The notes under the pieces were generated by a model. It worked only from the letters and a program-made list of their open reading frames with translations. It was not told the origin of the DNA and did no database searches. This document shows positions 1 through 13,010 of a stretch of DNA of 64,000 bases, piece by piece (the first letter of the stretch is position 1; the number at the start of each line of letters is the position of its first letter). This DNA comes from Rhodosorus marinus CCMP1338 (taxonomy: Eukaryota > Plantae > Rhodophyta): contig JAMWBK010000001.1 of NCBI GenBank assembly GCA_029953675.1, forward strand, positions 620,001 through 684,000. The letters are read 5' to 3'. The translations under genes were made by a program, and so were the position numbers.

Positions 1-2556
1 CCAGACATTAGTGATATGTTATCCTCCTCGAAAATGTGGCTAACCTCCCTTTATGGCTCGCAAGGCGCTGTCAGAATGCCATGTTTTTGCCGGAGACTGT
101 GCGCCTCTGGATGTATTTGAGTACGGACCCATTCACAAGCTGTGGAAGCCTACTGGTACGGGGAACATCATCAGCTTAGAAACGTGCTTCTATGCGAGGC
201 GGTTCATTTCCGTAGATACGTTCTGTTCCGCAAACACGAACCCGTTTCGTGATTCCGTAGCTCTGCGTGGTCTGCGGCTTTGCACCAGAACTTTGCTTCC
301 AACAGTGGCCAGCTGGCCTCCATGTTACTGTGAACGGCGTTGGGCTGGAAAGGCAAAGCGGTCCCATCTGGGGTTACACCCCGGCAGCGATCCCCAGAAT
401 CAACAGTGTGCACAATGAATCTCTTTAGCGGCGCGGCGGGTGTTGGGTTTCAAACGCAGGAAACAAGGTCATAGAACGGGTGGACATCACATACCCTCAA
501 TACTCGGCTGTTAACGCACGGTCAAGACGCCCTTCTTGTAGATAGCATTAAACCATTCGTTCGTCTTGTCCAGAGGCAGAATCTCGAAATCAGGCTATTG
601 TTTTGGTGGCATTTTTTTCGCTGAACCTAAAAAAGAAAACCAAGGGTAAGGGAATCGCCGCCCCGCCATGTCTCCTGCGCACATTATTGAGCGAGATTAT
701 TGTCACTTCTTCTAATGCTAAGCTAGCAAGATGGGCAGTCCATCCAATTTCCAAATTTTCCAATAAAGCTACGCAGGTAACCTTCTCCAGCGTTTCAAGG
801 GCGTCATCATCACAGCCGGGCAGAGTCCCTAAAATCCCATTTGATTGAAATATGCTTTTGCCCGATGCTGCTTACGTAGGTTGCCCATTGAACACGACTC
901 GAAACACATACACAGGAGGAAAAAAGGATTCGATCCAAACTAGAATTTTGGGAAAAACGGTGAACTTGTCTAAGCAAGCAACAAATTTTGCAGTCTCGAT
1001 GCACGTCTGAAACAATTTGCATTGATTCTTTTCTTGTGATTGGACAAGACCGAAACAAGATGTGGAGGACTACCAATAAGATTAAAATTTAAGTTACTTT
1101 TCAAGTTTATTCTCTGTTGAAATTGATAAGCTATCCACTCAGTCGGCCATTTAGTTTAACACCTTTTTTGGTTCAAAATGCACCACTTCTTAAGAACCGA
1201 GCGCTTTCTGACTGGCTTGAAATGAAAACGACAACGTTTCAGCGACGTGTGGAGAGAGGGTGCGTAGTAATGTGCCCCACTCCCACCACTCCCAAATGGG
1301 TACTACGAACGAGGGCATGATGCACATGATGAACAGTGTTATTGGAGCGAAACAGAGGTTTCCGAAAACCGCTCGTACAAAGCCTATATTCCCAATTGGT
1401 CCACAATGTTTCAGAAAAACAAGAGTCGAAGCGTGCGCTTCCCGTTGTGGGTTGCCTGCCAGGACCTGTTCTCTCATATGTCCCTTTGAGAATCCTCCAG
1501 GCGCCCCGTTTTATCTTTTCACCATGCGTAAAACACCTCTGCTGAATTCAAATCTGGGCACACAGATGATTAAACGATTTCCCAAGGGCCTGGAGTATCT
1601 TGGAGGGCTATGTCGCCAGAGGGAAATCATTCCAGAGTTGCCAAGGTACTTGATGAAACTTCGACATGTGGAGGCTTCTTCTCCCAAGGTTTTTGTAATC
1701 GTTCTATAGAGCTATTCAAGCGAATTCACATGCCATGGCCGGCGAGAATGACCCCGGAAAAGCTGTTATTCGAGACATTTCTGAGGTGCGCAAAGTAGTT
1801 GCTTCATCAGATAAATCGCATTGTCTTTCACAACCTGTGCAGGTGTGAAATTCCTGAAGACAGTGCGCAGCAGGTTCTTCAACCTTTCTACTCCACTTTC
1901 CTGCTTTGAGGAAACTAGGGAAGGGAATTCAAGATTGAGACACTCCCATGAGGACGATGGGAAAGCACTGTTCAGATATTTGTAATCTTCTACTGAAAGG
2001 AAGATCCACAATGGCGACAGTAAGTGGATGAGCAGTGCGCGACGGCGGTCCGTTTGACTTGTGTGCTTTGGAAACCAGGACCACGCAGTTAGGGTACGTT
2101 CGTTCGAGCCAAAAAGTCCTGGGCGAGAATCTCTGGAGGAGAGTTCAAAACTACCCAGGACAAGGACAGCCTCGATGGGCTAAGGACTTGTGTCGCAGAG
2201 CTCTTGAGGAATTAGACCTGATCCCGTTCTCGAACTTCTCTGCTGGAAGCCTCGTTCTGAGGATGACCGTCGGGGAAATGGTTTCCGCTTATGGCTTCAG
2301 TTACCCGACCATGTTTCGTTTTTGTTTCTCCGCTGGACGTGTGAGGTATCGCTCGTACTTACTATAGATTCTGCTGAAAAACTATTTTTTTAGCAGCTAT
2401 GTCCAGAGATATTGAGAATTGGTGCTTCGCTTGTCCATCGCGAGTACTCTGAATCACTGCCACGCAGGATGAAATCAGAATAGTATCCACTTTTGCGTGT
2501 GTAAGCAAGTTCCGGCGACGCTACATTACTGATTCACTTCAAAGTGATGCGTTGAT

Positions 2557-2608
2557 TCAAAATTCCCTCGCTGTGAGTGACATACCACTCACAGCGAGGG
2601 AATTTTGA
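2557..2608. repeat. Perfect 23-bp inverted repeat with 6-nt loop
   Basis: TCAAAATTCCCTCGCTGTGAGTG (2557-2579) / ACATAC / CACTCACAGCGAGGGAATTTTGA (2586-2608) are exact reverse complements. Confidence 0.95.
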
Positions 2609-5600
2609 CAACAAAATTCTTGGCACCTGCACTACAAGACTAGAACGTGATAACCGAACATAGCGGCTGCCTGCTGATTCAAGAAATATCACGTTGTTGA
2701 TTGGAAACCAGAATTATTAGTCACTGCAGCTGTGGCAGCCTCAGCTACTGCAACAGCAGCTACGACCGGCAACACTTGCCAGTTTTTCGAGACACAAGGC
2801 AGCCAATAGTAGGCCGTGTCAGCCGGGTCAACCGCAACACTCTAGGTGATTCGATAGAGTGGTCCGATTTTTGACTAGGATACCTCGTGGTAATAGACTC
2901 TCACATGGGCTTGGGCCTCAGCCAGCTTTCTCGGGGTTTTGTACCCGAGCACGATGCGTTGGGGCTTGCCCCTCCTCTCTTCCAAATATTTGTTGGGGGG
3001 TTGTCCGTCCGAAAAGATACGCAGACTAGAAGTGAGCGCGCCGAACCATTTATCTCTGAACGCAGATGTGTTCTAAGAGCACTGATACCTTGGTGGCCGG
3101 TTGCCAATCTAGCAAGTTGAAGTTTCATTCTGATAGTGAATCTGCCGCTCGAGGTGAGATCGGTCTAAGAGCAGGTCCGAGCGCGGCAGTAAGCTGCCCA
3201 CAAACCGTCTTAATCAATCTAATCCAGAATATTTTGTGGCTCCAATCGTCCGAGGCGTATTTCAGGAAAGAACCTTTCCCCGGTCGAAGGCACTGAATCT
3301 GAACGTCAGTGCAAGACACAAGCGACAAGCCACGACCCTCGAGAGCAGAGTGGGGCGGAAGATTTGATTCTGATAGCACTCTACACTTGATACTCACACT
3401 TCACTCCGAAACGCTGCTCCAGGTACGCCTATATAAAGCCTAAAATCAGAACGGATCTTGTTACCAGATGATCGCGGTTCTCTCGGAAGCTTACAAGCAA
3501 ACTCATTCCTCCGCCCGGGCCCGTGGGTTTGCATTCCCAAGCGAAAAGGGAAGAATACAGGAAAACCCCAGCCTCACCAGTCCGACCCTAAAACTACTCC
3601 TTCGGGAGAAAAGACGTCCTTTTTTAAGGGGGGATAGATCAGAAAAATAGGATATCAACCCCCTAAAATACCAGATATACAAAGTATTCCTAAATCTATG
3701 AAACTTTCCCAATGCTAGTTCTTTACTAAATTTCATCTATGAGCATTATCGACGCAGCGGAAACGGAGTTTTTCTCTTTCATGACAAATTTGATTCAGAA
3801 GAAAATATTGGAGTTTCAACATGCTGGTGTGGATCTGCCTGGTAGCAACTTCTCCAGGTTGGAGGACGACTGGGGAGGATGTTAGCAACGACGGGCTGGT
3901 CGATCTCACATTCATCTGCGAAGGGAAGCCATGGGGTAGTATAGGGGGACATGGATGAAGAGCTCGTCACGAATTGCGTCTGGTGCGGGAGGGAGGGTTG
4001 AGGCGTTGCGTATCGGCAACAATGTCATTCCGCCACCCCCTCCCCCCCCCGGGGGGGTGTTCCTCCTCACCTTGGTGGCTTTTCCCAAAGGGGTTGGAGA
4101 AAGTTGTCAAACCAAGATGAAGAATTCTGGAAACGAACATCTTATCGTCGCCTTTGCAGTTTAGTATGATCGCACCCTTCCCGTATGTAGACCAAGCGCT
4201 GACCCGTACCCCTTCTCGTGCTGAACATTACCACCCCCTTTTTGGCCGAATGTCTATTGGTTCAAATTTCATTTTCAACGAAATACATATCAAGGAAGTC
4301 TAAATTCTCCTTCGTGAACAGTTTGAAATCAATATTTTTCTAACCGTTGGTTCCTAGGCTCTAATATTCAATGCAATTCCGTTTTGTCCACTCTGTTTCC
4401 ATTCCTTTTTGAACAGAAAATATACCCAACAAACCAAAAGGCAAAAAAAACAGTCAAGATAAATGGGAAAACTCAAGATCAATTTTTCCTTTACCGGCCA
4501 TTGGACATGAAATCTTAAAGTTCCGTTTATTTTTCATTTTTTCTGTTGTTTGTAAGAAGATATTTTCATCCGGTTTCAAACAGGACGTCCAAAATAGTTT
4601 GAAGAAAAAAAGCGTTCCTTTTTTGCCGGGAAACAGAGGGGGGGGGAGGTAGAAAATTAAAAGTTTCAATGGAAACCCAAAAATAATTACCGAACTCCCC
4701 CCTTTTTTAATTGAATTTGTTGAATTGAGAAAAGGCAATTACTAGAAAAAAAAAGAAAAGAAAAGCCTCGGAAACAGCTTTTTCCATTGTTTTTTCTTCC
4801 TTTTCGTAATACAACACCTCTAATAGATTTATCCTGCGATGAGTCCTAAATAAATTCACCATCTCTTCAGGAAATAGTATTCTTAAAACTATCGTCAACT
4901 CTCATTCACCCATTTCGTGTTGAAGGACGTTTTGTGGGGAGTCGATATGAGGAGGGAGCATTGGGGGGATAAGAGGGCACTTTTTTCATGAGACGAACCG
5001 GTAGTTTTGGTTCAGCAACTTGTCTTCAGAGTGCGCATAAGACCACTCGTTTGAAAAGGTTGGAGCTTCCCGCTCGTGCTGTCCCCTCCGATACGCCACC
5101 TGGGAAAAGCACCGCTTACGAGGTCGGAATTCAAAGCCCCTGATCGCTTACGGATATTCACACGTGCAAGGAAGTCAATAACTTGCTGTCACCTGAACAT
5201 TTGGTGCTCGATTAGTGTCAGGTGGTGGGCAAGTGAGTGTTCCAATTTGGCCGCGTCAAGGTGCAGCATTTTCAGATTCGCTGGCCCAGGTCAGGGAAGG
5301 ATGAGCTTTTTTTTGCTGGCGGAATCAAGGGAATGAATTTGTGTCCATGCATTCACAGATGAGAAGCAGAGGCGAGACAAGCTTTGATTTGCCATCTCCC
5401 GCCGAATCTCATTGCGGGAATGTAACGTTCCTCCCCCCCCCCCCTTGTCACCTTGGGCAAGGCGAGGAAGTCAGGGGGGCACTTGCTCATGCTCATGCTC
5501 TCCTCTCAGCCTGTAAATGGAGTACCCGTGGTGTGAGTGAAGCTTGATGACTAAGTTTTTTCATTTTCCGAACCGTTACCTGCTCTACCGTCCCTCGCCT

Positions 5601-8600
5601 TCGCGGAAGGGGGTGAGTACATTTGGTTGTCGGGCTGAGATTGTTCTCTCCAGAATTCTTGGCAATGAGTGATCGGGAGGCGGAGTTCGAATTCGACTCC
5701 GCCGAGAATCTAGTACCCTTTTCAGCGGACGTGAACTCCTCGCAGAACCTCATTTGACGATGCAATGGTGGAAAATGTCGGTGCACCCGATCCCCTGTTT
5801 GCCAAAAATAAATTGCACTGCAGATCAGTTTTGACCAGGTAGCCGATCAACTACCAGTGCATTTAAGATTGAGTGAGATACCGTGGTACGTACGCCAACC
5901 ATTCTGCATGTGTAGGGTGAGGAACCCTCACATATTCTCAAAAGGGGAATGGCAACGTTTTTTTCGACTCTCGCGCTTGGAAGCTGATGTACATACCCTC
6001 GGTGTGACAGACAACCGATAGTTCATGCTCAGGTCTTTTACGGATTGATGGAGTCGTTTGCCAAACTGGACTTTACTAGCTTTGCCAAACTAGGTGGGTA
6101 TAATTATAAACGAGTAAGGTTTCCTGTTCTGTTTTTTTTTTTTTTTTGGACGGCGAGTGCTTTCCCTCGCTCAACATTCAAAAAAGGGTCTCGCATTCGT
6201 TTTTGTTGGCTCCATTACTAAGCCGTTCTTCGGGAGGCTTTTTGCATTGCAGCGACTCGTTGAATCTCGAACATCGCAAGGGAGGCGGGACCAATTCAAC
6301 AAGGAAAAGAAACCGAAAAAATAAAAGGAGAGCTGGTCGGTGGTGGGGTCACCGCCCTGTACCTCTCAACAATGCGTTTTTTGAGATTCGGGGAGATGTG
6401 GTAGTGGAGAGCATCGCCGTATAATTCATTATCCATGCACTAGGAATTCGTCTTCCGACAATCTCATGTATTGGAGATCATTGCACAACTGCAGTTCTTC
6501 TTGATTGTTAGTGCTGTCTTAGCCTCAACCTTGGGAACGACTGGTGGTGGTTTGGGGGGGGAGGGAAAGGCGGGAGATATGATTGAAGCAGTCTCACCCC
6601 TTAGGAAAACCAATCGACCTGGCAAAGTGGTGTCGATTGGTAAAAAGTTTTGCTCGATGAGGGAAGGGGTAGAAGGTCCTTCCAAACTTTGAATCCGTGA
6701 CAAGGACGAAGCAATTCGTTGAGCACAGTCTCAGATAGAACATCTTCGTTTTTTGTCAGCAGTGTTTTACGTGAGCTATTGGGCTCGTGACGAAGATGAG
6801 TAACCATGCCCAGGCTCGAGGGATCAATATTCCGAATTCAAAATTTGCTTTTACAGTGCTGTCCATTGCTTGGAGACAGATGGGGTAAGCTCATGCCTGC
6901 ATCCGCTACATGAGTGAGTTATGTAGCGGGAAGTATTTCTCTGCGGGAAGCGGCTTTTGGGTTGCTCAAGAGTTTTCGGAATCAAGGAAATGAAGCGAAA
7001 GGAACGGAAGTACTTATAAAGAGCCATGTTGAACAGACAGGAAATAGGGGATGGATCGGCGCTGTTGTAAACGGTTGTGAGTCGCTCCTCAGCGAAGCGT
7101 TTTGTCGCGACTTTTTTACAAAACTTTCGTAGTTACAAAAGCCGGTGGGCATAAAACCGACCACAGGGGGCTTGTTTAAAGTTGAGGAGGTGCACACCAC
7201 ATGCACGAGTGACACTTACTCAGCGACTGTGAACCGGTCGAAGTAGGACATACTTTCACGACCTGTGAATTCAATCAGCCAACCTTCCCGTGATCGCTGA
7301 ACACCTCAGTAAGTATATATTCATCGAATCTGTGTACTGGACAACACAAGCATGAAACAGTGGGTGAGTGAAGAGCGCCCAATCCATGAATAATCAATTG
7401 TGGAAGTTCTGACTACTCGTGGGAACAGTGGGTGGAACCACCGAATCTAAAAGAAGTTGACTGCAGAAATTGCGAGATCCTCACGGGAAGGCTCTAAGCG
7501 ATGCTTGACGAAGCCTTCAGCACACAGTGACAAGGACGATAACGCAAACAATGTTGATGGATTCGTGTCGAGCAATCAGCTTCACTTCCGCAGAGGCAAC
7601 AATTTCCCTCTTCGGGATCAAGATTTCGAGTCCATCGTCCAATGGGGGGGTTTTTCATTCTTTGTCAAAGGTCTTTTCCATTCCTAAATACCCAAACTGA
7701 GAATCCAAGAAAGGCAGCGCATCGAATTCGTCGGGGGTTCTTCAAAAGCATGAAGAAGACTAGACCCGCTCAAAAAGGCCAGTGTGGAACCCAAACCCCT
7801 TCAGTCTTTTCGGTCGCTGACCTCTTACCTATTAACTATTCACGACAATAACGTGTCGAACCACAAAGGTTGAAAACACGCGTAGCTAGATTAGAAGCCG
7901 GAGGCAAAAAGTTCCTTTCCAGTACCTGATGAAGAACCCACGACTCTGAAAAAGAATCGTTATTTCAGTACCGACAATAGACAACCGCCAGCATCGCGTC
8001 AAGCACGGGTCTCCACATGTACAAAGGCAGACATCCCCAGATCAAGCTTTGCAAGTCCATCATCATGAACACATATTTCTGACGCCTCCCAACTAAGAAA
8101 AAGGAGCGCGGCGAATCCACATCCGCTCTTCAAACTTTGTCTGTCCACTTCCTCGTACCGCCCTAACTTTTAGGATTCCAAAACAAATGGACTAAAGACA
8201 GAAGGAGTCGTCCGCTTGTCTGGAAATTGCATCATGAAGAAAGGCAGAATACGGATGGTTTACTACCTCCGAACCTATCCAAAGAAGAATCAAGAAACAA
8301 GAAAACCCTTGCTGATTTCCCGCACATTTTGCCAATCTAAAACAGTTAATAAATAGATCTCCTCCGCGGGCAGAATTACCTCGATACTGACGGTCAAGAG
8401 CGCCAGGTCATTGCCATGTTAAGTTTTTGTCGCGTGCGCGATGAGGACGCTAACACGTTTCAATTTTTATGACGTGTCCAAAGATCAGACCTTGGTCCAC
8501 AAAACCCTTCGAAATTCAATCAAGGAGAAGATCGGTTCTTCCTACTTGACCTCGTTTTAAGCTTTTTCGTGCTTCGACGCGACCTGGAAGTGCGCCTAAA

Positions 8601-9720
8601 CGAGACGGAGATGTTCATCTCCCAAAAACCTCCTGATCGAGAAACTGCCTGTCGAGTAGCTGCAACATTAACTACTTACGCAGGACATTCAGTAGGGCTC
8701 GGCAACAAGAAATTTCTCAACGGCAGCGAACGTGCTGATTGATCATGGGTTTGAGGGGAGAACGTGTTGACTGATGCGTGCTGGAGGTGGGAGTTCGTCA
8801 CGACCGAACCCGACCACCCGACATCAAGTTTTCTCGTATACTGGACGATGCCCAGAGAATCTTGTCGGACGTAGATAGACCTGAAAACAAATCAGGGGAT
8901 TTCTAGATCAATGGACGATCAAAGCTGCGCTGATTCGGCAACTGGTGGCAGAAATGGAAACTGGTAACAACCAGTGCCCGTCCAAACACGAGTCTTTAAG
9001 TTTCGTATTTTGGAAGACGTCTCTGCCATTGGCAACTACTTCGAAAGTCGAGCGATCTTGGTGATCCGTGGGCCTGCTGGGTCAGTGTTATTGGGTCAGA
9101 GCTGCACGCAGTATACGAGCGACCGGTGAATACAGGTCAATTTGTTTGTTCAGGAGCGATCGACGAATGATGCTTTGAGTGAATCGAACAATCATAGCAA
9201 TGCGAGGGCCCTTCAATATCACCGAGCTGGATCCAACCTTGCATCCACGTGCTCGATTTGGTTACCCTTGTCGCCCTCAACGTTTAATCAATAGAATCAA
9301 AGCATCACCAAACAACGAATCAGATCTCTCTCGGCCAAGACTGGTTCATGCTGATGGATTATGAACAAACCGAAGGATGGTATCCCGGCCGTCTTGTTCG
9401 GTCGCCGACCTTCAACCGTGAGACCTCTGCTTCTTCATCTTGCTTCTGCGCAGATGGAAAACTTCCTGGCCCTGAGCAAACAACGGAGCGCACCTATCAG
9501 TGCTTTCGATGCAGCACGTTCGGGGTCAGAAGGAGGACGTCGTCGACAACCGGCTCGCACATAGATTTGGAAGGTTCACCCCATGAGATGCCTGTCGTTG
9601 CTGAATACCTAGGATTTAACTTCTCAGAAAATTAATAACCTTCCAGTTCAGGACTAGTCCTATGTCGGTGAATGCAAACTCCGTCCTCTACGGGGGGTCA
9701 ACTGCCGTCACCCACGGAAC

Positions 9721-9755
9721 ATCTATTTAGGAGTAGGGGATCCTCCTAAATAGAT
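9721..9755. repeat. Perfect 13-bp inverted repeat, 9-nt loop
   Basis: ATCTATTTAGGAG (9721-9733) / CTCCTAAATAGAT (9743-9755). Confidence 0.9.
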
Positions 9756-9919
9756 TGAAGCCGCGGTTGTCAGTGATTGCTGAAATGGGGATGGAGTTGA
9801 GGTATTTGTTTAAGTCTGAGATCCTTGATTGATAGGTTAATCAGCTCCCTTTTTTGAGGTTTTCGCGAGCTCCAAGATCGCCTTTGGAAACGCTGTGTCT
9901 TCTCTGCTGTGATCCGAGT

Positions 9920-10530
9920 ATGGCTCTCGCATTGGCCAAGTCGGCGACAACCTCTGGCGTTCTAATGACCGTTGGGGACATTCTTTGCCAGGCAATAACA
10001 TTACGTTCAAGCCCGAATGCAAAGCTCGATCTGACTCGCACCGGTCGATTCGCCGCGGCTGGGTTCCTGTTGCACGGTCCAATCTTTCACGCTGGGTTTC
10101 GTTTCGCAGACAAGAAGGTGGCGGCACTGGCTCTGAAGCCAAGAGTAGAGCTTGCTCTCAAGGTCGCGATACTGCAGCTAGCTACATTTCCTGCCTACCT
10201 CGCAGCATTCTTTCCGGCAATGGGAATGATGGAAGGCAGGGGATGGGCTAGCTCTTCAAAACGAAGTATAGAGTTGGTAAGCAGCCAAAGTACCTCCCCC
10301 GTCACTTGCCTTGTCTCTGATCGAAGGTTGAAGACTGACTCAAGAGAACTCTCACATAGTTTCCCAAGGCTTACACTGCTGGCCTATGTTTCTGGCCATT
10401 CGTCAACATCGTTAACTTCTCATACTTTCAACCGTCACAGAGGATGGTGGTGGCCAACGTTGCTGGAGTCTTCTTTAACACAGCCCTATCGTTTATAAAC
10501 TCATCGAATCCCAAGAACAGGGAAGAATAA
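9920..10530 (+). CDS. Mpv17/PMP22 family membrane protein (2 exons: 9920-10276, 10360-10530)
   Basis: TTSGVLMTVGDILCQ...DLTRTGRFAAAGFLLHGPIFH, then after a GTAAGC...CATAG intron (10277-10359, CTGAC branch point) FPKAYTAGLCFWPFVNIVNFSYFQPSQRMVVANVAGVFFNTALSFI, the canonical Mpv17/PMP22 C-terminal domain. Exon lengths keep frame. Confidence 0.9.
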
Positions 10531-13010
10531 AGAAACCGTAGTTAGAGGTGAGATGGGCGTACAGGACGAACGAGAGGAACTGTTGAGATTCGAGGTTGCC
10601 TCACAACACGGACCCCGACAGCCTGATGTGCCGCACGAACTATCCGAAAACTGGAGCTGTGGAATCAAAAATGAACACTTGGAACGTTCTTGCGGCGTTC
10701 ATCTTGGTAGGTTTCAGGATCACCATACCTCAGTTTGCTTGTGTATCGGCTGATCGGCGGAGCAGCTGCGCCCAACGCCAGTCGATCATGTACGCAACCA
10801 TTTGAACTAGCTCGCAAAGCCCCGAATCGTGAGGGGAGGAATCCGCACGATGTTCACCATAAGAAGTGGAACTTGACTGGAAGTCGATGCGAACGAGCAG
10901 AGCTGCTCTGTCAAGAGGCCAAAAAGGGTTCAGTTGCGGAATCCAACCCGTCGACAATGGGCCTTTGAATAACAGCCAGAAATCGTCCTCGCCTGCTGAA
11001 CATGGAAGAACGCTAAGGGATCTAAGTGAGTAGTTATTGGTTTCAGATATATCTGCTGGGAATGTGCGAATGACGACCGACACCCGTGTACCCTGCAGAG
11101 CTGAAAGTACCCGCGGTCGTCATCACACCCCGGATACTTAATCTGAAACTTTTTGGTCTTCAGATCGTGAAGTTCCCCGTGGGTATGTACCTGATTTGCA
11201 AAAGTTCTGTTCCCTTAGGTTCTCCTTTAGATCAGGCTAACTAGTAAATTCATTCACCGCACTCAGCTGCTTCACTACCTTCAAAGCTCTTCGTTCTAGA
11301 ATCAGGTTCAAACCGCGCCAGCAAGATAGTCATCTAGCTCCAGGATTTCGCAAAGGCCTTCGTACTGCTGGATAACATCGAAGAAGTCTTCTTCAGCGTT
11401 AATATTATCCCATGCAGATAACGTAGCCTTTCGCTACGTGTCTGAGCAACCCCACTCCTGGAGCTGGGTCACCCTAGACGGATCTCCACTACCACTGGGT
11501 ATGCCACAGATGGACCTTTTACGACACGGAACCTTCGTGACGTTAGAATATCAGTATTACGTTCGGCTTGTGTGTCGAAGCAGCGACGAAGAAGCCCCAC
11601 CCTCGTCGCTCGATCTATGTTTGTCAAGGTCTGTTGTTGATATAAGTCTCGTGGGAGACGGATAGGGAGCTGCTCAAGGGGTTGCCTCCCACACACAACG
11701 TTGGTCGAGGGAACATGGAGCTTGGAAAAAACTTTGTACGGAAGATCCTTCCCGAATTGAAACGTATGAACTCGGTGAAGAAGAAAGAGTTCTTAGTAAT
11801 CCAGGAGACTTTGTTTCCGGGGCCGTTTACAGCGGCGGATTGTACACCTCCACCGGTTCGGCATGTGGATGAAGTTACTGGTGAGTTTGAAACTTGTAGT
11901 CTGGAACTTTTGCTCTATATTTTTGCTAGTAAATCGCCTGCGTGCTTATCTTGTCTAGTTTTTTCACCAGGAAATGGACCCCTGACGAGAGGCGCGAGGA
12001 GGTACTATGAGGAGGACTGAAAGTGTGATTCTAAGTATTATTCAGTACGTTTGTCGGGGGAACTGTTCTCACTTTTGTGGGAAAACACGTTTCCAGTCTA
12101 AATAATTTTTGATCAGGACCCGCTTTGCTTCGTGCCTGGGTTGTGGTTCGAGTAGTGTACTCCTGCGGCTGCGTGATCGATTTAGTATGGGGATGAAGAT
12201 GTAAAACAGAGTCTGCCTCGTGTCTATGCCGCTGACTGATTGAAGAGGTTACACTATTCGAGATGCTGATCTTTTCGAGCTCACAGCCCGTTCCTTGCTT
12301 TCCTCTAAAGCAGCACCGATCTCATCTGCTTCGTCAGGGTTCCCCGTCTGCAAGGACTGCACAGCTTCCCTAGCCCTGATTCTTTAAACCGTGCTTTTTC
12401 GAGCAGCACCTCCGGAGGGTCAAAGGAAGCTGCCCTGGGTGTAAATTACTTTGTCTCGAAGCTCCTGTGGAAGAACCGAGCTCAAGAACCAGCTTGATTG
12501 GGCACAACGAGCCATTCATCTAATTACTAGAATAATTCAATAGTCCTGAGCCTGGACGAGGTGCATCCTCGCGCTCAAAATAGCTGTTTTCTGAAGTAAG
12601 AAGCTACATAATCTAATTAATAATAATATTCAATGAGTTCAGTGTAAGCGAACGTGTTTATTCTGCGTGAACCATCCTCGATTCATCAGCACCAACATTC
12701 ATTATCTAAATACTTCCTTGAATCAATAAATATAAATTAAATTAAATTAAGTAAATAAATACTGATACATATCTTCACATGATTTGATTGGGTTAAGGCT
12801 AACCAATCACCGAGTATACTAGGGGTAAGGAGCTTACTCATGCTAAGATTCTACGAGAGGTCTAGATATGCCGTGATATCGGTGGGCGTCACGGCTTAAG
12901 TGATATCCTTCTTGCTGAGTGAGAATCCTGCTCGTGGCCCCAACATACGTAAAGCCAAAATTGTATAAGACGGACAGTCAACGATTCTTTGGAACCGTGA
13001 TGGATGGTAG

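Noticed and set aside
204-413. HTV...HSNMEASW resembling a Merlin/IS1595 transposase motif (HTNTIESTW)
   Set aside because: Only a few residues match, the spacing is wrong and no other DDE motifs are present.
1700-2011. Minus-strand peptides resembling a plant LRR (NVSNNSFSGVI) or an ACE segment (TPAQVVK)
   Set aside because: Single short matches in different frames; chance level.
2901-3128. GHQGISALRTHL resembling a Gypsy integrase zinc finger
   Set aside because: No CxxC pair or integrase core follows.
5679-5703. Near-palindrome GGCGGAGTTCGAATTCGACTCCGCC containing a tRNA T-loop-like GTTCGAAT
   Set aside because: No cloverleaf or A-box around it; the short imperfect stem is near chance.
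7100-7170. VGIKPTTG resembling the amidase signature
   Set aside because: Preceded by a stop and lacking the GGSS and GGSIR motifs.
7990-8160. Minus-strand DDGLAKLDLGMS resembling kinase subdomain VII
   Set aside because: No HRD or APE motifs in register.
9110-9530. YERPVNTGQF / GWYPGRLV (Penelope-like) and QCFRC (zinc-knuckle-like)
   Set aside because: Spacing is inconsistent, no RT motifs are present and the CCHC is incomplete.
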